From NCBI GenBank assembly GCA_965200155.1, contig CBDATR010000024.1, forward strand, positions 352,001 through 416,000: a stretch of DNA of 64,000 nucleotides, given 5' to 3'. Made by a program: the position numbers and the translations under genes. Numbering within the stretch: the stretch's first letter is position 1; every line of letters begins with the position of its first letter. This document shows positions 1 through 10,057 of the stretch, piece after piece. The DNA comes from Nitrosopumilaceae archaeon (GTDB taxonomy: Archaea > Thermoproteota > Nitrososphaeria > Nitrososphaerales > Nitrosopumilaceae). The notes under the pieces are model-generated. The model was not told the origin of the DNA. It made no database searches and saw nothing but the letters and a program-made list of their open reading frames with translations.

Positions 1-97
1 CTAACGATTTAAAGTGTACACTGCTCCGTTTTTGCATCACTCTATTCCATATCCGGTTATGCAGTAACCCATACCCTACTAGGCGCGGACTGCTTCT

Positions 98-298
98 CTT
101 GGGCGGACCTACACTACTAATGCATCAGGCATTATCCAGACCCACAACATAGCTGCCACGCACCTTGACTTGGGCGGACCTACACTACTAATGCATCAGG
201 CATTACTGTTAAGCCCATACGGCCAAGAAATGACCACACTTGAAATGATATCACGTATGGGAATGCATCAGGCATTACTGTTAAGCCCATACGGCCAA
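98..298. repeat. Two overlapping 37-bp direct duplications, each flanking a 34-35 bp unique segment (CRISPR-like geometry)
   Basis: cttgggcggacctacactactaatgcatcaggcatta at 98-134 and 169-205; aatgcatcaggcattactgttaagcccatacggccaa at 190-226 and 262-298; shared core aatgcatcaggcatta occurs three times at 71-72 bp spacing. Confidence 0.85.
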
Positions 299-299
299 T

Positions 300-1217
300 A
301 TGCGAGAAGCATTATACGCTAAAGGTACATCATTTCATGCCATGGATCTGCCGCAACTATTGGAGGAACATGTGCCAGGATTGTCTCCGGCCGGTCTTGT
401 CGGTTGTAGGTCTATGGGCAACTTCTCAACATCTTGCATACATGATATTGTGGTATTCGATGATCTGAAGCACCTGCCTCAAATTATCACACACAATGAC
501 GGGAAAGTAATGTTGTGTCACGGTTCCCTGTCTGATGGGCGTCCACTGGTATTGGCAGGTTATCTTGGCATGTCTATAATCCGAGACGATACAATGATCT
601 TGGCGTCATTTCTTCGAAACATAAAGACAAACCATGAAAAGCTATTCCGGGATTGCGCCCGGATATATCTTGCCAATGCAATGTTATGTACACACAAGTC
701 ATCGATTGCAGTTGGTGACGCGGTATCCTGCTGGCAAAAATGCGCCACCTTATACTTGGGCGATGCGGTCTTGGCACTCCATTCGTTTGCCCCTTCATCA
801 CATGCACTGAGCATGTTGAGGAGCATAACTGGCGGTACAGAATATTCGGCTATACCACTGGTGGTGGAAACATTGGAGGCGAAACGGGCGTCTCCTACAC
901 TATTGCACAGGATGATGCTTTCAACCCAACGACTGGCTGAGGTGGCTGGTACAATATCTCCTTATGTAATAAGGCACAAGGCGCAGGCATTGATAGATGA
1001 CTCTCGCCTCGCGGATTGCTATTGGTATTTGTGTCATACCAGTCGTGATTGCTGGATACAAGTGGGAGGTACTGCCATTACAGAACGCGCGATAAGTATT
1101 GCAATTGATATCAACCGTGACATTACAAATGTCCGGAACAACGCCGCGCGTATACAGGAAGCGACCGATAAGTTGCTGGTACAAATTGCCGAAGATGCGC
1201 TTGAAATGAACAATTAA
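300..1217 (+). CDS. Hypothetical protein (possibly degenerate nucleotidyltransferase-like fold); true start may be the downstream Met (MDLPQ)
   Basis: 305-aa ORF with a 'VGC..G......HDIVVFD' segment reminiscent of minimal nucleotidyltransferases. Confidence 0.6.
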   Translation: MREALYAKGTSFHAMDLPQLLEEHVPGLSPAGLVGCRSMGNFSTSCIHDIVVFDDLKHLPQIITHNDGKVMLCHGSLSDGRPLVLAGYLGMSIIRDDTMILASFLRNIKTNHEKLFRDCARIYLANAMLCTHKSSIAVGDAVSCWQKCATLYLGDAVLALHSFAPSSHALSMLRSITGGTEYSAIPLVVETLEAKRASPTLLHRMMLSTQRLAEVAGTISPYVIRHKAQALIDDSRLADCYWYLCHTSRDCWIQVGGTAITERAISIAIDINRDITNVRNNAARIQEATDKLLVQIAEDALEMNN

Positions 1218-1429
1218 ATTTTCTATACATATGTAAAAGGTATTAACTTATCCGATATATAATCTCGGTCATCCATGCACTCTGGTTTATACCGGAAGGG
1301 AGTCTGCATCACGCTCACTCCCAAACCTCACTGGTAATGGAGATCCGTAGTTTATAAATTCAGATGTACGTGAACTCATGCGCATACACACACGGAACGC
1401 TTAAAACTATAATAAAACCATAGAATTGC

Positions 1430-1558
1430 ATGGCTGATGAGACCTGTGGATGTACAGCATCCAAAGAAAATAATGTAGACTGTGATTGCGTAATGCAGAG
1501 CGCGTGTATTTGTGACGAAACGTGCGGTTGCGCATCTACCACGTGTGCTAGTGTATAG
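1430..1558 (+). CDS. Small Cys-rich metallothionein-like protein (42 aa), below the ORF-track cutoff
   Basis: Hand translation MADETCGCTASKENNVDCDCVMQSACICDETCGCASTTCASV*: 9 Cys, four CxC motifs, no aromatic residues; TATA-like ttaaaa at 1401-1406. Confidence 0.75.
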   Translation: MADETCGCTASKENNVDCDCVMQSACICDETCGCASTTCASV

Positions 1559-1585
1559 TGAAGGTAAATCATTGTTTATTTTTAA

Positions 1586-1768
1586 TTACTCTGACTCCTC
1601 GAGTCCCCATGATCTTACCAACTCTTCCCTAAACTTGTCTGCCTGTTTTTCGTTCAAGGAAAAGCCGCAGTTCTTATGTGTAGGTACAACAACCATGTTG
1701 TCTAACTTAAACTCGATCTCAAACATGTGTATTTTTGCACACTCACACAAGGTATTCCCCATACACAC
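1586..1768 (-). CDS. Small hypothetical protein, possible metal-binding (CxC..H..HxxC)
   Basis: 60-aa ORF, TATA-like taaata about 25 bp upstream, T-run downstream region shared with the convergent gene. Confidence 0.65.
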   Translation of the reverse strand: MCMGNTLCECAKIHMFEIEFKLDNMVVVPTHKNCGFSLNEKQADKFREELVRSWGLEESE

Positions 1769-1802
1769 TCTTCACTATATTTATCTATGCGGGTGATATT
1801 TG

Positions 1803-1933
1803 GTAACCGCTTGTTACTCTCAATATCCTGTTCTAGGTGGCCAGAACCTGGACTAGCGTATTTTGAAACTGAACAGTATAATGACCTCTGCAAACTCGTA
1901 CCATGACGTATATTTTGTGACCTGAACGGCTAC
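1803..1933. mobile_element. Degenerate IS66-end-derived MITE
   Basis: Begins gtaaccgctt and ends gtgacctgaacggctac, resembling the IS66-type ends at 17703 and 23462; no target duplication seen. Confidence 0.4.
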
Positions 1934-1957
1934 GCGCCAACTGTAACCATTAAAATA

Positions 1958-3406
1958 TTGGGAACAGTGTTTTTAATTGTGTACATTGCATATACTGTGG
2001 CAGCTGTATTGCTATTGGTCGCGGTAACACCCTCTGCCATGGCACAGTTCCAACAAGGTGGCGTAGACCACCCCGGTGAATGGTATGTGGGCGAGGGCCT
2101 ACAGGCGGGCGACTTTTTCTCGTACTCCATGTGTCATGTTGACTATAGGGAGTGTGCCAACTTTCAGATGGATATCTGGATAAAGGGTGACATAGTAGTG
2201 GGCACAGAGACAAAGTGGCTGGCCCATGTAGTAGTGTATGACGGTAACAAAATCATCAAGGGCGAGATGGAGCTAGGCAGAGTTGCGCCAGAGCCTAGTG
2301 GCGGTAGTGAAGATCTTACCTCATACAGGGGTGCCTTCAAGTCTTCTGTAGTATGGCTATCTGCCTTTGCCAACTCCAATGAGCCCAAAGCATTCTCGCT
2401 TCCATCCTGGGGCAAGATAGCTAACATAGGCGGTGAGCAGATACTGCCCAGGGAGCTGATAGATGGTGGTTTCAGTACTGCAGCTGGCCACTTTGATGAT
2501 GTGGTGCAGGTAGGTTGGAGGACTGGTGGTTATACCAGCAAGGTCTGGGTAGCTGACGGGTTTCCTTTTCCAGTACAGGCATTAACCTGGACTCATGTAT
2601 CCGAGGGCATTCCGCCCAGGGAATATGAGTTTGAACTGCTCCGTTACTACAATACAGATGTTGATCCCCTGGCAGATGTGGTGCCTACGTCACAGGATCC
2701 GGCCATAGTGGGATGCCCGAACTTGGGCGGCCTTGAGCAATCCATCAAAAAGTCTACAATACTCTTCAATTATCAGGTACATGCATTCTACACGCCGGAT
2801 CCACCCGTAGAGAACTGTCCCATGAAGTGGCTTGTAAAATTCATCTCCAAGTATGATGATACAGAATTTCTGAACCAGGTTCAATATGACATACAGGTGG
2901 TGGAACTGAATGAGGAGGGTCAACTGGTCACTACGCGATCAATAGCCGATGAGATTGGCAGGCGTATTCTCTACTCTCCCTCCGGACAGTCGGAGATAGA
3001 GTTCATGGTAAAAGAATCTGGTACCGTCAACTATATGATATTCATACATGGTCTGGCGCCGGAGAACGTAGTACCGTCACAGGATCAGATAGACTATCTG
3101 CTTCTGCCTCTTGATATATCATCGGCAGAGGATGCGTCCATTCCTCCATGGGTAAAGAATACCGCCTTGTGGTGGGCTCAGGGCGATATCGACGACGACT
3201 CCTTCATAAACGGATTACAGTTTCTTATAGGTCAGGGCATCCTGAATGTACCGCCGCCGGATTCTGTCGTGGATGGCGCCCCCGGCCCCATTCCCAGCTG
3301 GGTAAAGAATAATGCTCTCTGGTGGGCTCAGGGCGATATCGACGACGACTCCTTCATAAACGGATTACAGTTTCTTATAGGTCAGGGCATACTACAGGTA
3401 TCCTGA
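1958..3406 (+). CDS. Secreted/surface protein with two C-terminal thaumarchaeal 'IPxWVKNxALWWAQG' repeats
   Basis: N-terminal hydrophobic signal peptide; duplicated C-terminal motif WWAQGDIDDDSFINGLQFLIGQGIL typical of Nitrosopumilaceae exported proteins. Confidence 0.85.
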   Translation: MGTVFLIVYIAYTVAAVLLLVAVTPSAMAQFQQGGVDHPGEWYVGEGLQAGDFFSYSMCHVDYRECANFQMDIWIKGDIVVGTETKWLAHVVVYDGNKIIKGEMELGRVAPEPSGGSEDLTSYRGAFKSSVVWLSAFANSNEPKAFSLPSWGKIANIGGEQILPRELIDGGFSTAAGHFDDVVQVGWRTGGYTSKVWVADGFPFPVQALTWTHVSEGIPPREYEFELLRYYNTDVDPLADVVPTSQDPAIVGCPNLGGLEQSIKKSTILFNYQVHAFYTPDPPVENCPMKWLVKFISKYDDTEFLNQVQYDIQVVELNEEGQLVTTRSIADEIGRRILYSPSGQSEIEFMVKESGTVNYMIFIHGLAPENVVPSQDQIDYLLLPLDISSAEDASIPPWVKNTALWWAQGDIDDDSFINGLQFLIGQGILNVPPPDSVVDGAPGPIPSWVKNNALWWAQGDIDDDSFINGLQFLIGQGILQVS

Positions 3407-3762
3407 TGCCGCGTACCCTATACCCGAAGCGTCGTCTGCGTAAGATGATGCAGGCAGGGGAGTATAGAGAGGCCTTGGAATTTGGACGTTCCCTTGGAGA
3501 GAAGTATGGAGAGGATCATGATTTCCTTTTCATAATGGGAAGCATACATTACGTACTGGAGAACCACAAGGAAGCCATAGAATATTTTGACTCTGCTGTA
3601 TCAATACAATATGATGACATCGAAGCCCTAATGCTAAAGACCAATTCACATCTTGCGTTGGGCCAGTCCCAGGAGGCGATGACATGCTGCATGCACATTC
3701 TAAAAGTGAACCCGGATCACGATAACGCAGCTTCTCTTTTGGAGAATTTACGTAATCTGTAA
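3406..3762 (+). CDS. Tetratricopeptide-repeat protein
   Basis: TPR-like helices (EAIEYFDSAV..., ALGQSQEAMTCC); ATG overlaps the upstream TGA (tgatg). Confidence 0.8.
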   Translation: MPRTLYPKRRLRKMMQAGEYREALEFGRSLGEKYGEDHDFLFIMGSIHYVLENHKEAIEYFDSAVSIQYDDIEALMLKTNSHLALGQSQEAMTCCMHILKVNPDHDNAASLLENLRNL

Positions 3763-3781
3763 CGTGGAAATGCGGGAACGG

Positions 3782-4282
3782 TTACATCGATTCGGTCGCG
3801 GGCCAGTAGACATTCTCTGCCAGCCAGTCACAATATGCTGTCACTGAGTCATCAAACTCTGTCCATACATGTAATGAGTGTGGCAGTATGTCTATCTTGC
3901 CTCCTGCTGTCCAGATACGAGCGCCCTCCTTTCCCTCATACATGTATGCATCTTCAACCTTTACGTCCCCAAATATCTCCCGTGCCTTGGACTTTATTAC
4001 ATCCCGAGATATTGTAAAGTTACGGCGCTGCCTGTCTATTATTATGCTGAGATCCCTCTTGCCATACATGTGGAATTGCTCTATCTTGCCCTCGTGGGGA
4101 AAATTTACGATAAGTTGTACATTATACCTTGAGCCCACATGCCGTCCTATCTCCACTATTGCCGCGTATGCCATGGCGGGATTTTTGTGCACCAAATATC
4201 GTATGCGGGCCATATCCTGAGCCATAGCATCTTGGAGTTCCTGTATTATGAGACTAAACTTCATTTTATCTGCCATAGGCAT
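3782..4282 (-). CDS. Hypothetical protein
   Basis: 166-aa ORF directly downstream of the PhoU-family regulator on the same strand. Confidence 0.7.
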   Translation of the reverse strand: MPMADKMKFSLIIQELQDAMAQDMARIRYLVHKNPAMAYAAIVEIGRHVGSRYNVQLIVNFPHEGKIEQFHMYGKRDLSIIIDRQRRNFTISRDVIKSKAREIFGDVKVEDAYMYEGKEGARIWTAGGKIDILPHSLHVWTEFDDSVTAYCDWLAENVYWPATESM

Positions 4283-4308
4283 GTTCTGGTAATATTCATT
4301 GAGGTATG

Positions 4309-5394
4309 CTATACAACTCTTGGATGAGGGTGCTCTACTATACGATGAATGTTCTTGTCAATGACTATCTCTGCGATGTCCGCGGCATACTCGACTATAC
4401 GTCTCATACTCTCTAGGATTAGTTTGACGATGGCAGAGTTAGGTGATGTATCCCGTATCTCTATCATCATACCCTCCTGCCTTCTGGATATGCGGGAGAC
4501 TGACTCAAATATGTCCTCAGCCATGGCAAAGTCAGACCGTAGCAGGGAATCGATGGAATTCTCGAATACGTCCATAACTACGTCACTGAGCTCTGTTATC
4601 TTTGATAGCATGTCATCGTTCAGCGGCCTGCTCAAATACTTTACCCGTTTGGCAGTAAGCGTTGCATGATCCGCTATTCTTTCTATGCGCGATACTACGG
4701 TTCGATAATACATGCAGTTTGCCGGACTACCCAGTGACATATCGTGCAATGTGCTGGCATTATCAACTGCCATGGTAAGGTTACGAAGAGTATAAAACGT
4801 GAACCGGTCGACCTCGTCATCTAGCCGTACCACCTCTTCTGCATACTTGATATCTCCTGCCTTTAGGGCCACAATTGACTCGCGTAATATGTCCACGGTC
4901 ATTATGCGCATCCGGCGTAATGCAACATCAAACGTGAGATCCGGCAGACGGGTCAGTATCTGGACGGTAATGTGCTCAGGACCTGACTCTACAATCTCCG
5001 CGCCGATTAGTGAGGAGCGAACGAATCGTCTAATCATGTTGACCTGATTGGGCCTTATGTGTATGCCTTTGGTAGCTATCCTGATGAACTTGTAGCCTGT
5101 CAAGTACATGGCTACTATTTTGCGGCATATTGACTCGTCCTGGTCCCTAGGACTGATGGTTACCGTTACGACATGTTCTTCGTTAACGTCGCCGCCATTG
5201 GGGTGTATGGTAAGTGATCTGTTCTCGTTCTTTGTCATGGTCACACTGTATCCTACCTGCAGGCGCATCTCGTCTATCCATGTCTTGGGCAATGACACGA
5301 TGTATGTGGAATTGCCGCTTCGCTGTAGTTTGCGGCTATGAACTGATTTGGTCAATGTTATAATGTAGTTGCGCCTGTTTATACTGTTTTTCAT
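4309..5394 (-). CDS. Phosphate uptake regulator, AbrB + PhoU domains
   Basis: N-terminal RKLQRSGNSTYIVSLPKTW (AbrB-like) plus two PhoU repeats (DDEVDR, ERIADHA); divergent from the pst operon. Confidence 0.9.
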   Translation of the reverse strand: MKNSINRRNYIITLTKSVHSRKLQRSGNSTYIVSLPKTWIDEMRLQVGYSVTMTKNENRSLTIHPNGGDVNEEHVVTVTISPRDQDESICRKIVAMYLTGYKFIRIATKGIHIRPNQVNMIRRFVRSSLIGAEIVESGPEHITVQILTRLPDLTFDVALRRMRIMTVDILRESIVALKAGDIKYAEEVVRLDDEVDRFTFYTLRNLTMAVDNASTLHDMSLGSPANCMYYRTVVSRIERIADHATLTAKRVKYLSRPLNDDMLSKITELSDVVMDVFENSIDSLLRSDFAMAEDIFESVSRISRRQEGMMIEIRDTSPNSAIVKLILESMRRIVEYAADIAEIVIDKNIHRIVEHPHPRVV

Positions 5395-5457
5395 GGCATT
5401 CTATATAGTACTATGTCATGCATGTTGGCGCAGTAATCTATTGGCGCACTTTGCATA

Positions 5458-6459
5458 TTGCCTGTAAATCACCTTAGCATAATGGTGAAGCGGTGGGCGT
5501 ACCCCAAAGGTAAACCTAAGCGGCATCTTTTATCCGAGAAGCTTTTCAAGTATGCCGCGGCCGCGGCAGGCGCATACGTCCTTGCCATAATCTTGGTCAT
5601 GGTGTGGCAGTTAGGGTTGGGCTCAATTCCCATATGGGAGGAAGAGGGAGCGGAATTCATCTATGGCACTGATTGGAACTCTGTCTACGGGCGGGAGTCC
5701 TTTGGTGCACTGCCTTATATCCTGGGCACGTTAATTACCAGCGCCATAGCATTGGCTATAGGATTTCCTCTAAGTGTGGGGATAGCCATGCTTGTGATGA
5801 TACTGCCTTCCAGGGTGGGCCAACCCTTGGGCTATGTGGTTGAATTCATAGAGGCCGTTCCCAGTGTGGTATTTGGTTTGTGGGGTTTGTTCACATTCCG
5901 TATATTCTTTGTAGATTATGTGGAAAAACCGTTACACGAAGCCTTTGGCGATAGTATATACGTGTTTGGTGGAACCCCATTTGGTCTTGACATACTTACC
6001 GCCAGTGTAGTGCTTGCAATAATGATAATTCCCACAATATCGGCCATATCCAGGGAGGTGATGATGGCAGTTCCCCAGCAACAGAAGGAGGCTGCCTATA
6101 TGCTTGGCTCTACCACATTTGAGATGTTCCGCCTTGCCATATTCCCGTACTCCAAGGGTGGGCTCTTTGGGGCCGCGATGCTGGGACTTGGGCGTGCTGT
6201 GGGCGAGACCATGGCGGTCACCATGCTTATAGGAAATGCCATAGGCGCCGCGGCCATCCCCCAATCACTATTCCATCCCGGCCAGACCATGTCCAGCTTG
6301 ATGGCCAACAACTTCTTTGAGGCCTCCTGGGTAAGTTTACAGCTGCCCGCGCTTATAGGCGTGGGGCTCATACTATTGGCGGTGGGGCTGGTCATTAGCT
6401 TGGCAGCCCACTTTCTGGTGGGTCGCATGGTAAAGATAAATGGCGGAGGGATAGATTGA
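5458..6459 (+). CDS. pstC: Phosphate ABC transporter permease PstC (start uncertain)
   Basis: PSVVFGLWG, LGLGRAVGETMAV motifs; multiple TM helices. Confidence 0.95.
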   Translation: MPVNHLSIMVKRWAYPKGKPKRHLLSEKLFKYAAAAAGAYVLAIILVMVWQLGLGSIPIWEEEGAEFIYGTDWNSVYGRESFGALPYILGTLITSAIALAIGFPLSVGIAMLVMILPSRVGQPLGYVVEFIEAVPSVVFGLWGLFTFRIFFVDYVEKPLHEAFGDSIYVFGGTPFGLDILTASVVLAIMIIPTISAISREVMMAVPQQQKEAAYMLGSTTFEMFRLAIFPYSKGGLFGAAMLGLGRAVGETMAVTMLIGNAIGAAAIPQSLFHPGQTMSSLMANNFFEASWVSLQLPALIGVGLILLAVGLVISLAAHFLVGRMVKINGGGID

Positions 6460-7388
6460 GTATAACTACTGAGGAGAGGCGGGCCGCCATACGCTCCATG
6501 TTTCGCTCCAATGTCTCCCGGCGATTGCTGGTAAACAAGATAATGATAGGCGGCGTAATTGCATGTGCCATTATAGCCATAGTGCCCCTGTTCTGGATCC
6601 TTGGAACTGTCGTATATCACGGAATGCCTGCCATGAGCCTGGCATTCTTGACCGAGGAGCCCGGCGCAGTGGGGGCAGGACATATTGCCATCGGACCCGC
6701 CATCCAGGGTACGCTGATTATAATAGGACTAACCATGGCGATGGGCATACCCATTGGTATAATGGGCGGAATATACTTGGCCGAATTCGGGGACAACAGG
6801 TTTGCGCGCCAAATGCGCTTCCTTACGGACGTATTCCTTCATGTGCCCTCCATAGTACTGGGCATATTCGCCTTTCTGATAATTGTGATAGTGCTGGGCC
6901 ACTATTCTGTATGGGCGGGGGCCTTTGCACTATCCCTGATAATGTTTCCCATAGTGGCGCGCTCCACCGAGGAGGCCATACGCATGGTGCCCCGGACCTA
7001 TAGGGAGGCAGGTGCCGCCTTGGGACTAACAAAGATGACCGTAACGCTGCGGGTGGTTCTATCCCAAGCCAAGCGCGGCATACTGGCCGGTGTGCTCCTT
7101 TCTGTCTCTAGGGTGAGCGGCGAGAGCGCCCCACTCATAATGACCATACAGGGAAGTAGCCTGTTCTTCCAGGGTTTTGATTCACCCATGGATGCACTGC
7201 CCCTGCGCATATGGCGATACTCGTTGCAACCATATGATGAGGCGCGCCTGGCCGCGTGGGGTGCCGCATTTACCATACTGTTACTGATATTCGCAATACA
7301 CCTTACCATGCGCTACTTTTTCCTCCGATCCGGTACCGGCAAAGGCTTAATTGATGTGATGGCGAAATGGATAGCATATAAAAAATGA
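6456..7388 (+). CDS. pstA: Phosphate ABC transporter permease PstA
   Basis: [32 protein letters not shown] motifs. Confidence 0.95.
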   Translation: MSITTEERRAAIRSMFRSNVSRRLLVNKIMIGGVIACAIIAIVPLFWILGTVVYHGMPAMSLAFLTEEPGAVGAGHIAIGPAIQGTLIIIGLTMAMGIPIGIMGGIYLAEFGDNRFARQMRFLTDVFLHVPSIVLGIFAFLIIVIVLGHYSVWAGAFALSLIMFPIVARSTEEAIRMVPRTYREAGAALGLTKMTVTLRVVLSQAKRGILAGVLLSVSRVSGESAPLIMTIQGSSLFFQGFDSPMDALPLRIWRYSLQPYDEARLAAWGAAFTILLLIFAIHLTMRYFFLRSGTGKGLIDVMAKWIAYKK

Positions 7389-8191
7389 GCACGCTTGCCC
7401 AGGAACAGACTCCGTCCAGTGCAGACTTTGATAAAAAATACAAGGTTGTGACAGAGAATATCAACATATACTATGGCAATGTCCATGCAGTAAAGGATGT
7501 AAACCTAAGGTTTCCGGAAAAGTCTGTCACCGCCCTCATAGGCCCGTCCGGTTGTGGAAAGACTACGTACCTGCGATGCCTAAACCGCATGCATGACATG
7601 ACAAAAGGCGCCCGGGTAGAGGGCAGGGTCTTTGTGGACGAGACTGATCTCTATGACAAGAGCATAAACCCGATATACCACCGACGGAAAGTGGGCATGG
7701 TATTTCAAAAACCCAACCCCTTTCCCACCATGTCCATATATGATAACGTGGTGGCCGGAGTAAAACTGAACGGGGTGCGGGACAGGGCAGTACTAGACGA
7801 GATAGTCGAGGACTGCCTAAAAATGGCATACCTGTGGGACGAGGTCAAGGACACCTTGCGAAAACCTGCCGCGGAGCTCTCCGGGGGCCAACAACAGCGA
7901 TTATGTATAGCCCGGGCCTTGGCAATACAGCCTGAGGTATTGCTAATGGATGAGCCTGCCTCTGCCCTGGACCCGGTGGCTACCCAGAAGATAGAGGAAA
8001 CCCTGACGGACCTCAAGAGTGAGTATTGCATAATAATAGTCACGCACAATATGCAACAGGCTACCCGTTGCTCTGACTATACCGCGTTTATGTATTTGGG
8101 CAATCTCATAGAATACGGTGAGACAAAGCAGATATTTGAAAATCCGCAGGATCCACTAACTGCTAAATATGTGCGTGGTCAATTCGGCTAA
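7385..8191 (+). CDS. pstB: Phosphate ABC transporter ATP-binding protein PstB
   Basis: GPSGCGKT Walker [32 protein letters not shown]. Confidence 0.97.
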   Translation: MSTLAQEQTPSSADFDKKYKVVTENINIYYGNVHAVKDVNLRFPEKSVTALIGPSGCGKTTYLRCLNRMHDMTKGARVEGRVFVDETDLYDKSINPIYHRRKVGMVFQKPNPFPTMSIYDNVVAGVKLNGVRDRAVLDEIVEDCLKMAYLWDEVKDTLRKPAAELSGGQQQRLCIARALAIQPEVLLMDEPASALDPVATQKIEETLTDLKSEYCIIIVTHNMQQATRCSDYTAFMYLGNLIEYGETKQIFENPQDPLTAKYVRGQFG

Positions 8192-8848
8192 TTGGCACGA
8201 CTCATAGATCCTTCCCTAAAGCGGTTATCATTTGTGATGGGGGAGATGGGAGATCTTGCCATGCGCTCCCTGAATCTTGCCATGGACTCCTTTATAGTGG
8301 GAACCAATACCAGAAACGATACGCTGCATGTATCGGATAGTATAGTAGAGAAGTACTTTGAGGTCGAAGATCTCACATTTGAGATTCTGTTAAAATACCA
8401 GCCACTGGCCCAGGATTTTCGATTCGTCCGCTCCTCTATCGAGATATCCTATGCATTTCAAAGATTTGGCCGGTATGCATATGACATTACCCAGGTGCGG
8501 GACTCCTTTGGCGATATAAGGCACTGCAAGAATGACAAACTGATGGAGTCGTTCATGCTTGTGCAACGCATGATGAAGGAGGCTATCTTCTCTTTTGCCA
8601 CGCTGGATGTACAGAAGGCCTGGCGCATAAGGGAGCGCGAGGACATGGTGGATACAATATACAGGGAGAGGTTACCATATCTAGTACACAGCACCGATAC
8701 ACAGTGCGCATTGGTGGAGGCTCTCTTGCTCCGGTACTTGGAGCGAATCGCGGATCATGCCCTGTTCATGAGCGATGCCATTACGTACATTGTTACAGGG
8801 AAGCACCAGCATCGTGTTATCCATAATGGCGCAAAGGGTAATGCCTGA
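8192..8848 (+). CDS. phoU: Phosphate transport system regulator PhoU
   Basis: YQPLAQDFR, RYLERIADHA PhoU motifs; last gene of the pst operon. Confidence 0.9.
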   Translation: MARLIDPSLKRLSFVMGEMGDLAMRSLNLAMDSFIVGTNTRNDTLHVSDSIVEKYFEVEDLTFEILLKYQPLAQDFRFVRSSIEISYAFQRFGRYAYDITQVRDSFGDIRHCKNDKLMESFMLVQRMMKEAIFSFATLDVQKAWRIREREDMVDTIYRERLPYLVHSTDTQCALVEALLLRYLERIADHALFMSDAITYIVTGKHQHRVIHNGAKGNA

Positions 8849-8897
8849 TTATCACAGCGAACAAATTAAATGCCATGCATGCACTATTTTGTTCTAG

Positions 8898-9776
8898 TTG
8901 GCGCTTAGAGAGATACTGGAGATTTCAAAACCTCGTATAGTGATATTACTGGTAATTACCGCGGTGGCTTCCCTGTATGGTGCCAGTACGCTGGCGCCGG
9001 GGGATCACCAGGTCGCCTATGTCACATACATCCACATCGCGGTGGCCGGAGCCTTGGCCTCCGCTGGTTCTAGCGCCCTCAACCACTACTATGATAGGGA
9101 TATAGATGCCACCATGTCCAGGACCCGTTCTAGGCCCATACCTTCCAGCCGCATGAGTCCCCGGGCTGTTCTTGTTTATGGCCTAGGCGTATCCTGCGTT
9201 TCTGTGGTGTATGGGTATCTGCTGCTAAATGCAGCTTCGGCCTTCTTTATCGCGCTGGGTATATTCTCGTATGTAGTCATATACACCATTTGGCTGAAGC
9301 GGAAAAATACCAGCAATATAGTAATAGGCGGGATAGCTGGCAGTGCCGCATCTTGGGCAGGGTGGGCCGCGGCCACCGGAACAATGGATTTGCTGGGATT
9401 TTTGGTGGGGTTCTTGGTATTTGTGTGGACGCCGTCGCATTTCTGGTGTCTGGCGATGAAGATACGCGACGAATACCAGCAAGCCAATGTGCCAATGCTG
9501 CCGGTAGTGGTTGGTATGCATAAAACATCTGTCTACATATTGGCCAATACCCTGATACTGGTGCCGTACTCTCTGGCGCTATATGCCTTTGGTATGGGTC
9601 TTGTATATCTGGGAATTGCCGCCGTATCTGGTGGATTGATGCTCGCATACCACTACAAACTTACAAAGAACCCAACTTCCGACTTTGCCTGGAAGGCCTA
9701 CAAAGTCACCGCGCCCTACCTGACTATAATATTTCTGGCAGTAGTGCTGGATGCCGCCCTGCACATACGTCTGTAG
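8898..9776 (+). CDS. ctaB: Protoheme IX farnesyltransferase (heme o synthase)
   Basis: KPRIV, NHYYDRDIDATMSRTRSRP, WTPSHFW, ANVPMLP motifs. Confidence 0.95.
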   Translation: MALREILEISKPRIVILLVITAVASLYGASTLAPGDHQVAYVTYIHIAVAGALASAGSSALNHYYDRDIDATMSRTRSRPIPSSRMSPRAVLVYGLGVSCVSVVYGYLLLNAASAFFIALGIFSYVVIYTIWLKRKNTSNIVIGGIAGSAASWAGWAAATGTMDLLGFLVGFLVFVWTPSHFWCLAMKIRDEYQQANVPMLPVVVGMHKTSVYILANTLILVPYSLALYAFGMGLVYLGIAAVSGGLMLAYHYKLTKNPTSDFAWKAYKVTAPYLTIIFLAVVLDAALHIRL

Positions 9777-9838
9777 ACGTTTAGGGCGCCATATTGGAAT
9801 GCTACATAAAATGAGATCCAAGTTTGACCGTATGTTTT

Positions 9839-9930
9839 GTATGAGTTCACCTGTGTCTAAATTTACGCATAACTGATCGCTACAGTTAATGTGATTTGTG
9901 CATAAGATTCCGGAAGACGTGAACTCATAC
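9839..9930 (+). mobile_element. 92-bp MITE, family 1 (TIR GTATGAGTTCAC)
   Basis: 12-bp TIRs; 8-bp target duplication tatgtttt. Confidence 0.95.
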
Positions 9931-10057
9931 TATGTTTTAGCTCTCTCCAAACCTGTTTTTGTTAGCAGGCATGGTTGCACATTGCGTCCTCTTGGCAATG
10001 TGAATGTCGTGTAGTGCCAGTACGAGATTCAAATGACTTGATGCCCCATCTGTTACT

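Noticed and set aside
98-298. Canonical CRISPR array call
   Set aside because: The two 37-bp repeats differ and share only a 16-bp core; kept as a finding but not annotated as CRISPR.
3759-3785. gtaac...gttac segment supplying stop codons to two convergent genes
   Set aside because: Only 5-bp ends match the IS66-type motif; convergent TAA stops can produce this by chance.
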